Virus record (IMG/VR): IMGVR_UViG_2609460327_000001
Span: 96,001-160,000 of that record
Strand: one strand, 5' to 3'
DNA: 64,000 bases
Source of the DNA: a virus
Lineage: Duplodnaviria; Caudoviricetes
The notes below the pieces were generated by a model. The model saw only the letters and a program-made list of their open reading frames with translations, was not told the DNA's origin and did no database searches. A program made the translations under genes and the position numbers. The stretch's first letter is position 1. Each line of letters begins with the position of its first letter. Below, one piece after another: positions 19,601 through 27,648 of the stretch.

Positions 19601-20436
19601 AGTTCGACAGGCAATTCTTCTTAGATGGTGAAAGTCAAACGACAGGACATGAGACTGCAATTCGTGAACTCCAGAAGATCCACGGACAAGATGGAGGCCT
19701 TAGCAGTCCTTACAAGAAATTCGGGACAAGCACGGGTGTCAGTGTAGATCGTGTCGGTGTCAGCGGTATTGTCGATGCTATCAATGATGAAAGCGGAAGT
19801 TCTAATGCTGGGCTTGGACTTATCCGAAGATTGGCCGGTATCGAGAATCCAGAGTTCGACATGTCGGATTCCGGATTCAGAGTGGAACCTAACGACCCTG
19901 GCATATTTGAGAAAGCGACAAAGCGTCCAGGAGGAATAGCTGGCGTATTCTCAGAAACATTCGAAGATATGACTGGCGGTATGCTAGGCATGCGTGCAAA
20001 CGAAGCGGTAAAGAGTGCGATGGAATCTGTTTTTAATGGCCCTCACGGTGGCAGAAATAAAATGATTCTAGGAGGCTCAGCCCTAGCGCTTGCAGGCCTT
20101 ATAGGTTACAATACACTTAGTGATAGCGAACCTGTAACGCATTACAATTCGCCAATAGTGGGTGCAGCAGATGAAGCTCCAAACTACGGCGGAGGCGTTC
20201 CGGCACCCGCTATGCCAGAGCTTGATTATTCCACTCTTCCTTCGGGCGGAGCAAATATTCAAGTGTCGGCAAAAGGCAACAATCAGAATACCCAAAACTT
20301 CTCCCGCATGGTTAACCAAGGGATGCAACAGTCCAATTATCAAGGTGGCAAGGTCAACATGAATGTTAACCATACAGATAATACGAACAGGCTGACTCGA
20401 AACTGGTACAGGGATAAAGTGGAGGAATATTCATAG
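13654..20436 (+). CDS. Single-polypeptide beta/beta'-like RNA polymerase with N-terminal DEDDh exonuclease (putative virion RNAP)
   Basis: DEDDh motifs: IAFDIET (13981), SHNGTNFD (14518), AHNAAHD (14755). Beta-like: GVNMKVAYM (17308), [18 protein letters not shown] (17707), DITAIYNP (17791). Beta'-like: [11 protein letters not shown]...SGTGI (18802), NVRYPTFH (19015), KADSDGD (19129-19149). C-terminal hydrophobic segment at 20062-20109. Confidence 0.8.
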   Translation: [2260 protein letters not shown]

Positions 20437-20446
20437 GAGGCTAAGC

Positions 20447-23400
20447 ATGGCAACAACGCTAGGTTATGACGATAGAGACGCCCTCTATGGCAGCCTGCGT
20501 GACCATTTCTTGCGGTTGGGGGATACACAGTTTTATGTTCCCCCGACTGCTATTAATGTTCAGCGGCGAATGAGACAAGAAAAAATTAATGTATTGCGCG
20601 GCAGGGGAAGCTTTGTAAAAGGAAGCGGATATTCCGATCAAGTCATTACGCTAACTTTATTCTTTCCGGATATTGTTAGTATCAATAACGAACTTCGTCC
20701 ACTACTGGCACAGGTTCGAAAATGCCCCTTCCTGCCGATCGAGAATATCTTACTAAATAACACGTACAAGATTGATGCTGTTACTATTGCAAGTGTTAAC
20801 GTACAATCCGTGGCTGGGTTCCCTCACTCATTAGAGGCGCAGATTACAATGTACGCCTTTAATCCATTCGCTTATATCATGGATGATTCAGAGCGAACGT
20901 TTGACGAAATGTTTAACTGGCCATTATTTCGTTGGCATTACCAACGCAATCTAAAGCCAGACCCAGCCAATCTTATCATCTATTACGAGCCGCTTCAGAC
21001 TGACTTGAATAACGAGTATATTTTCAAAGTTGCTTCTGAAGAGGACCTTCAATTCATCCGTAAATGGAGAAAGAGTCGGAACAAGCTCATTCATGCTTAT
21101 CAAGAAGACATGGATCAGTCCGGTTTCAGCGAAGGCGACTATGAATGGATCGATGGCGTCCCGATGCCTAAACGCACAAGCGAAGCTGTCAGCTATGACG
21201 AAGACGGCTTGCCTGTATGGGAGGGATCATTCAGGGACGAAAAAGATGAAGAGCTTTTTAGAGATATTATTGGTGAGATGTATCGAGGGGATCGGGAGAA
21301 AGACAAAGTCATTAGCGAGATGAACATCTTCATGGAGAACTGGGATATCCCTGGTTTAACTATGGAGCATGTGAGTGTAGGATATGAAAATGTCATTACG
21401 CCACTTCAGCTGCAGATGCACGAATCTCCAACGCATCAGTATCTAGGCTCTCAAGACACCCTCTTCGTTCTTCAGTTCTTTGCTGAAGATGACGAGGCTT
21501 TGGGCGCAATAACTTCACTTGTTCAGAGAACAAACTATCTGGCACGGGAATATCATCGTGAAGTGTCCAATGGATTCATTCAGTTCGATCACCAAATCGC
21601 CCGCTTATTCGGTGCACGATATATGATCATCGAAGACCTTCAAACCACTACAGTTGAAGGGCAACCAGGTGCTCACAGAATTACGCTGACAATGAGTTCG
21701 TACAATCGGGCACAGCGGCGTATTGCTGAAACTGAATGGCTGTCTAAAGGGGTAGATTGGCAGATCGGATGGGCCGACAGAGCTTGGTGGAATCTGGATG
21801 ATAAGCCATGGCTGAGAGAAGATCCTTTCGGTGGATTCATGAGCTTGGATGTAAGAAAGAAAGCCGTCTATGACCAACAGGTTAAAGAGATGATGAAGGG
21901 TGTAGAAGTATATCCCGACCTTGAATTACCCACGTATGCTCAAGTAGCGGACGCGGGATTTGAGATCAGGAACCTGAATGACGGCATCTATGTAGATCCT
22001 GATTTCTTCCTCATCTATTCAGACCCTGTTGACTTTGGAGAGCAGGTAGGAAAGCTCTTTGATGAAGGGGAAATGACTGCCGAGGTAAGGGACTATATGG
22101 GCGGTAAAGGTGAAGTGAAAGGCAATGCGATTACGCCAGATGATAATACGGCAGCTGCAATCGAGCGGGAGAAGTTGCTAATCAAGAATGCAAGCGCCAT
22201 GACAGCTGCTCCAGACTCTACCGATACGGCAAACATGTCAACAACCGATGTGGAGACAATCATCCGGAAGAAAGCCAAGGATCAAGGGCTTGATCAAAGA
22301 CTTTGTGTAGCTCTGGCTAAATCATTCGATACGAAGCTCCGACAGTTCTACTATGTGGGCGAAGGGGCTAACAAAGACCTTGGCGGCATCACTGTAACAG
22401 CCACCAATACTCCAATCATGATGAATCAGGAAATGAAATATTTCAAGGATACGAATTACTTGCGTAATGCGAAGTATATCGGCGTCATGAGAGTGAGTCC
22501 TGTGATGGGCGAGCCGAACGGTCTAGCCAACAACATCGAATATAATGTGGAGCAAGGGATCGCTTCCCTTAAGTATTATTTGGAACGGGCTTCGGTTAAA
22601 GCGCCAAATGATAATGTTGCAGCAGCATTTGGTCTTACAGATAAAGCCAGAACTAAATGGGTGAATGCGTTGTGTTCCTATTTAGGCTATGCTCGTGAAT
22701 ACAACTTGCTGGCCAGCTCCAACAAGAAGATGCCGGCAAACGTAACAGCTCTCATTAAAAAGATCTTGAAGAATATTGAAGCCCTGCAGGTGAGCTCCAC
22801 GATCGATGCAGATTACTCTAAGCTGCCAGTTGCAGATTATAAGTCCGTTAGCATGAATAGTGCAGAGCCAACCTTTAAGGAAAAGATTCTGGACGAAAGT
22901 GACTTTATGGATGATCAGACAACGCTCAGAGAGATGTATCACGATACGATTAAGTATGATCGCAGAGGCCGCTTGATACGTGCTTTTCCTACGTTTTTCC
23001 TAATGTTTATTGATGAAGGGCAATTCATGGGTGCCGTTAAGATGTCTGACCAATTCTTCGGGTACCGAGCAGTAACGGATATCACCTATACGAATAGTCG
23101 GAAGCTAGCTTCCAGTACACTCGTTATGGAGATGGCCAATGTATTCGGCAAGCTGACGGATGCGATTAAATCAACAGACTTGACGCATACCAGCACAGGT
23201 GACCTCATGCAGGCGCTATTCATTCCTGGTAATGCTGCTAGGGAAGCAGAGAGCAATCGGATCGGGATCGGGCGTACAGAAGACTTGATGGGGAACTCTC
23301 GATATTCGGATACCTCTTGGTATAAATCCATGTACCTACGCACAGGCGCCCGCATTCACTTCCGCATGGGATATGGAAGTAATCCAATGAATATGCCAAC

Positions 23401-26400
23401 GATGATGAATGGCGTGGTTACACAGGTACAGAACGATGGGGATACCGTTACCATCGTGGCTCAGGATGACGGGATCGAGCTGACGAATAAGCTGAAGGCA
23501 AAACCAGACGAGCAGACCAGAGGGTTCATCTACAGTACGCAGGAACCGACAGAAATCATCGACTCCTTGCTTACGGACAACCAAGGCGCGCTAATGAACT
23601 TTTATGCGAATAGATTAAGTAACGCTGCCTATGCACAGCATTCCCTTGGCATCATGCACTTTGGGATGCCGGGAAAACCGATTAACTATTTCTGGCGGTG
23701 GGAACTGGCAAATCGTCCACAGAATGAGATCACCATGAATATCTACGAGACTACAGGGAAGTACAAGCAAGAGCAGAACGGCTTCTGGAGCAAGCTCGGA
23801 GATTTCTTTGGAATAGGCAATAGCGATGAGACAGGGATTAACATTAATCTATACGACAAAACCGTATGGGATGTCCTTAATATCACTGCGTCCGTTGGAG
23901 AAGACTTTATCGTAGCAGTACATCCATTTGATTTCCGGAATACCATCTTCCATGGTAAGCCATACTTCCCTGTTGGATATGAGTATTTGCTCGTTCCTTC
24001 AGAAGAGGGAATCAATGCTGCTGAGAGCGACTACGGATTTAATCCTTTCAAATTCAAATTGTCTGAGGATGAATCCGACTTTGAAGGAATCCAGATCCTT
24101 CGTAAGCCATTCCGCCAGGTTCATATATATGACAGCTGGACAAGTATCATTGATAACGGCATCACGGCTACGGATGAGAATATGTATACAGTGGCGCAAG
24201 GCGTCTACTACGATGAAGGCAAGATGGATACAACCGACTTCATTTATGTGGATACAAACATCTGGCCAGAGAAACAGCGCACGGTTCAGATCGACACTCA
24301 GCTCAACCTTCAAGGCGTTCGATTGATTGAGAATATTCCTCTGATCGGTCACTTCCTAAACAAGCCGTTCAAGTGGTACTTCGATGAGTACACGGCAATT
24401 CGTATTGCAGCAGCCGGCCTACGGGATATGGTCAAAGAAATGTATGACGGATATCTCACAGTGATGGGCGATCCATCTACCAAGCCTCATGATCAAATTT
24501 ATCTATATGACACTTATACAGATATGAGTGGTCCGCTTGAAGTGAGAGAAGTCACCCACATCATGAACTTTGATGTCGGATACATCACGATGATCAAACC
24601 AGATGCGTGTGTAGTTAATTCGGATACGAAGATGACAAGACTATGGATTACAGCAGGATCAGCAGCCCTACAAGCATTCACACTTATCTTATTGAGAAAC
24701 ATGATGAGAAACCGGGGCTACCAAGGCACCATGCCAATCATGAATGCACTATGGGCGTCCACAAAGCGCCGGTATAATGCCATGATGGGCAAGTGGGATT
24801 CCAGTTGGATGAAGAGCAAAGCATCTTCCCTCTATAAAAAAGCAACGGATGTAATCAATAGCGGAAAGACGACAGAGTACAAAGGCGGATCAGGTCCGAT
24901 CTACGAAGTTGATCCGATCACAGGCGAAGTCCGTGAATACCATCCAGTATCTTCTCAAATGAAAAAGAGATGGGAAAAAAGCGGACTATTAAAAGCATTA
25001 ATGTCGAAAATCGAAGGCTTCACCTTTAAGGATGGTCAGAACCTCTTTGATAAGCTGGACGGCGCTTTGTCTAATCGACGGTTTCTGCGATATGATAGAG
25101 TTGACTTAAATAAAATTGCTAAGCTGAAGAATGTTGCGTCCGAAGCGATATTCTCTTCTGCCAAGTTCCTTGGTAAAGGAGCCAGGTGGGGGCGCAGGGG
25201 TATTCAGGGCATCCTCGGTATCGGTGCTGCGGCACTCGGTCCGGTTGGATGGATTGGATTCGCAGTCGAGTTTGCAATAACCGAAGTAATCACCAGAGGT
25301 ATCTCTGAATGGGTCGAGCGCTTCTTGTTTACTCGGCAGGCAGTCATTATTGCGACTCTTCGAAAAGAAGGGGTTGAGTTCTCAGCCGGAATCAATGGAC
25401 ACCAAGGCTCAGTCATTGGAGACTCCCCGGATACATGGCAAAGGATTCTTACAGGCCCTGTAGGATCCGTCTTACTTGGATTCCTTGGTGCAGATGTAAG
25501 CCGCTATGGTGCAGTAGATGCTGGAAGCATGGATGATATGTATAACATGGCGCTCGATTCTGGATCAAGCAGTAATCAAATTGATATGAACATGTTCGCC
25601 AAAAACTTCTTCGAAGCTCATCGGAAGCCGGTCTTATTTAATCAAGAGATTGCTGATCAATACGAGATCGACAGGCAGGAAGCCAGTGCCGCTATGGAGG
25701 GACAGATTGCCGAGAACGATGAAGAAAATGAAAGAGGCGCATCTTATCCGGAGGAAGAATCCAGTCTACTGACGATGCAGGATTTGCAGAATGCCTTCGG
25801 CTCAGCTAGCAATGCGGACGGAACAAGTTTTGAAACACTAGATTTAAACAAGCCAAGCGGAATATCTGCTGAGGCAATTGATAAAGCTTTTGCTGGAAAA
25901 GGAAAACTAGCTGGACTCGGTAAAGTTTTCGTTGATCTGGAAAGCAGGATTCCCGCAGCTCCATCACCGCTTGCAGAAGTGATTGGTACCCCGAATGAAG
26001 GCGGGCGAGTAATCAATGCTCTCTACCTTGCGGCACACGCGGCATGGGAGACGGGCTGGGGTACATCACGAATATTTAGAGATAAGAACAATCTATTCGG
26101 TTACGGTGCTTATGACAGTAGTCCTTACGAGAGTGCATACACCTTTGCAAGTCCTGCCGATTGCGTAAATTATGCAGCCAATAAGATTAAAGATAATTAT
26201 CTGACGCCTGGCGGTAAGTACTATAATGGTCCAACACTTGAGGGTATGAACATCAAATATGCTACGGACAAGAATTGGGCTAAAGGTATTGCAGGTGTCA
26301 TGGCGAAGATCGCATCCTATGACCCGAACTTTCAAGCCCCTTCCGTTATGAATGGAGCACAGACTAAGGGAGAAAAGCCGGTCGTATACGGAAATGAAGG

Positions 26401-26884
26401 GAAAGCGAAGTATCGATTGAAATCATCTTCTGAAGCCGCAGCTGCTTGTATCAATATTAAGAAGCAACCGCTGACGTATATGAAACTAACCATGGTGACT
26501 TCCTCACCTTATATCCGTCAAGCCAGTTACGATCTTCTTGAAGCATTAGGGAAAGCATATAAGCAAAAGACCGGAGAGACGATCTGCATTACAAGTGCAT
26601 TCCGCGAGGGAGATAAGAACTGGCACGGCACCGGATACGGCGTAGACATTGATACGCCAAATGCAGGATACATCGGTGGAAAGGTTCGATTTGCTAAAGG
26701 CAGCAAGGATAAAGAGAATCTAAGGATTCTTTGCGAGCTTGCCATTCAAGTCGGATTCGGTGGTGTCATTCATGGAGATGTGGATGTCATAGCCGAAATG
26801 AAATCGAAGTATCCAAACGTAACTATTCAGCAGCGGAACGATCATTACAACCATTTACATTTATCATATCCGCGTTCGAATTAA
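20447..26884 (+). CDS. Baseplate hub/central protein with tail-associated lysin domains (degenerate SLT, GH73 glucosaminidase, M15 peptidase)
   Basis: Hub-like motif GARIHFRMGYG...NGVVTQV.NDGDTVTIVAQDDG. GH73: INALYLAAHAAWETGWG...NNLFGYGAYD...YATD.NW. Peptidase M15: ITSAFR.....WHGTGYGVDI...HYNHLHLS. Confidence 0.85.
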   Translation: MATTLGYDDRDALYGSLRDHFLRLGDTQFYVPPTAINVQRRMRQEKINVLRGRGSFVKGSGYSDQVITLTLFFPDIVSINNELRPLLAQVRKCPFLPIENILLNNTYKIDAVTIASVNVQSVAGFPHSLEAQITMYAFNPFAYIMDDSERTFDEMFNWPLFRWHYQRNLKPDPANLIIYYEPLQTDLNNEYIFKVASEEDLQFIRKWRKSRNKLIHAYQEDMDQSGFSEGDYEWIDGVPMPKRTSEAVSYDEDGLPVWEGSFRDEKDEELFRDIIGEMYRGDREKDKVISEMNIFMENWDIPGLTMEHVSVGYENVITPLQLQMHESPTHQYLGSQDTLFVLQFFAEDDEALGAITSLVQRTNYLAREYHREVSNGFIQFDHQIARLFGARYMIIEDLQTTTVEGQPGAHRITLTMSSYNRAQRRIAETEWLSKGVDWQIGWADRAWWNLDDKPWLREDPFGGFMSLDVRKKAVYDQQVKEMMKGVEVYPDLELPTYAQVADAGFEIRNLNDGIYVDPDFFLIYSDPVDFGEQVGKLFDEGEMTAEVRDYMGGKGEVKGNAITPDDNTAAAIEREKLLIKNASAMTAAPDSTDTANMSTTDVETIIRKKAKDQGLDQRLCVALAKSFDTKLRQFYYVGEGANKDLGGITVTATNTPIMMNQEMKYFKDTNYLRNAKYIGVMRVSPVMGEPNGLANNIEYNVEQGIASLKYYLERASVKAPNDNVAAAFGLTDKARTKWVNALCSYLGYAREYNLLASSNKKMPANVTALIKKILKNIEALQVSSTIDADYSKLPVADYKSVSMNSAEPTFKEKILDESDFMDDQTTLREMYHDTIKYDRRGRLIRAFPTFFLMFIDEGQFMGAVKMSDQFFGYRAVTDITYTNSRKLASSTLVMEMANVFGKLTDAIKSTDLTHTSTGDLMQALFIPGNAAREAESNRIGIGRTEDLMGNSRYSDTSWYKSMYLRTGARIHFRMGYGSNPMNMPTMMNGVVTQVQNDGDTVTIVAQDDGIELTNKLKAKPDEQTRGFIYSTQEPTEIIDSLLTDNQGALMNFYANRLSNAAYAQHSLGIMHFGMPGKPINYFWRWELANRPQNEITMNIYETTGKYKQEQNGFWSKLGDFFGIGNSDETGININLYDKTVWDVLNITASVGEDFIVAVHPFDFRNTIFHGKPYFPVGYEYLLVPSEEGINAAESDYGFNPFKFKLSEDESDFEGIQILRKPFRQVHIYDSWTSIIDNGITATDENMYTVAQGVYYDEGKMDTTDFIYVDTNIWPEKQRTVQIDTQLNLQGVRLIENIPLIGHFLNKPFKWYFDEYTAIRIAAAGLRDMVKEMYDGYLTVMGDPSTKPHDQIYLYDTYTDMSGPLEVREVTHIMNFDVGYITMIKPDACVVNSDTKMTRLWITAGSAALQAFTLILLRNMMRNRGYQGTMPIMNALWASTKRRYNAMMGKWDSSWMKSKASSLYKKATDVINSGKTTEYKGGSGPIYEVDPITGEVREYHPVSSQMKKRWEKSGLLKALMSKIEGFTFKDGQNLFDKLDGALSNRRFLRYDRVDLNKIAKLKNVASEAIFSSAKFLGKGARWGRRGIQGILGIGAAALGPVGWIGFAVEFAITEVITRGISEWVERFLFTRQAVIIATLRKEGVEFSAGINGHQGSVIGDSPDTWQRILTGPVGSVLLGFLGADVSRYGAVDAGSMDDMYNMALDSGSSSNQIDMNMFAKNFFEAHRKPVLFNQEIADQYEIDRQEASAAMEGQIAENDEENERGASYPEEESSLLTMQDLQNAFGSASNADGTSFETLDLNKPSGISAEAIDKAFAGKGKLAGLGKVFVDLESRIPAAPSPLAEVIGTPNEGGRVINALYLAAHAAWETGWGTSRIFRDKNNLFGYGAYDSSPYESAYTFASPADCVNYAANKIKDNYLTPGGKYYNGPTLEGMNIKYATDKNWAKGIAGVMAKIASYDPNFQAPSVMNGAQTKGEKPVVYGNEGKAKYRLKSSSEAAAACINIKKQPLTYMKLTMVTSSPYIRQASYDLLEALGKAYKQKTGETICITSAFREGDKNWHGTGYGVDIDTPNAGYIGGKVRFAKGSKDKENLRILCELAIQVGFGGVIHGDVDVIAEMKSKYPNVTIQQRNDHYNHLHLSYPRSN

Positions 26885-26897
26885 GGAGTGACAAGCG

Positions 26898-27290
26898 ATG
26901 CCAATGGAACAGGGGAATGTCAGCCGAAGAATTAGCCAGCAGGGAACTGAAAGTGCTCTTGATAAGAGCACTTCGGGGCTGATCGGCTACGTAACAGAGT
27001 ATTATCCGAATGCTTCAAGTATCTCAAAAGAGCTCAGACACACCGTTGATATTGATGTGCCTAACGGAAGTCGGACGATTAAATATTATGGAGTACCATG
27101 CTTCGTGTATTCTCAGGGGGTTATTGACAAAGGACTTGAAAAGAATGACAGAGTATGGGTTCAATTTATAAATGGCGATCGTAAGCAGCCGATTGTCACA
27201 GCTTACTATCGAGAACCAGGACAACTTGATCTCTTCTGGAACAATCTCAAGTTCCGTGTATCTGACTTCTTTGGTAGTTTGGGGGTGTAA
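26898..27290 (+). CDS. Putative baseplate spike N-terminal OB-fold protein (gpV/gp5-like)
   Basis: NDRVWVQFINGDRKQPIV matches the GDxVxVxFxxGDxxxPxV OB motif. Follows the hub gene. RBS AAGGAG. Confidence 0.6.
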   Translation: MPMEQGNVSRRISQQGTESALDKSTSGLIGYVTEYYPNASSISKELRHTVDIDVPNGSRTIKYYGVPCFVYSQGVIDKGLEKNDRVWVQFINGDRKQPIVTAYYREPGQLDLFWNNLKFRVSDFFGSLGV

Positions 27291-27294
27291 TGCA

Positions 27295-27648
27295 TTGCAA
27301 AATTGGATGATAAAGTTAGAAGAGCTTATGATGAGTAGCGATCAGAACATTGATGAAATGGTTGAGCAGTCATCACATGCTAAAAATGCAGATGTAGGTA
27401 TCATTAATGACACGTCCGGCGCCGGTATTCTGGCGCGGGACAGTGGTGTTTTAGAGGGTTTTTCGTATTACAATCTCGGGTTCAGGCTTGATCCTTCAAC
27501 CATGACCTTCGGATTATATGCTCCCAAGATTCGGATGTTTACGGATGATTTTAAAGTGGTTAGCGGAGCGCAGGAATTTAATCCGATTAATGATGAATAT
27601 GAAGAGATTCTGAACATGATAGGCGGGAATAATAATGGCCAAGTATAA
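27295..27648 (+). CDS. Hypothetical baseplate/spike-associated protein
   Basis: Likely TTG start at 27295 (GGGGGTG RBS); the track's 27172 start would overlap the upstream gene. Positional call. Confidence 0.5.
   Translation: MQNWMIKLEELMMSSDQNIDEMVEQSSHAKNADVGIINDTSGAGILARDSGVLEGFSYYNLGFRLDPSTMTFGLYAPKIRMFTDDFKVVSGAQEFNPINDEYEEILNMIGGNNNGQV

Noticed and set aside
13654-20436. Calling the 2260-aa ORF simply a tape-measure protein or a DNA polymerase III subunit
   Set aside because: It lacks tape-measure periodic repeats and PolA/PolB/PolC polymerase motifs, whereas multiple ordered RNAP beta/beta' motifs are present.
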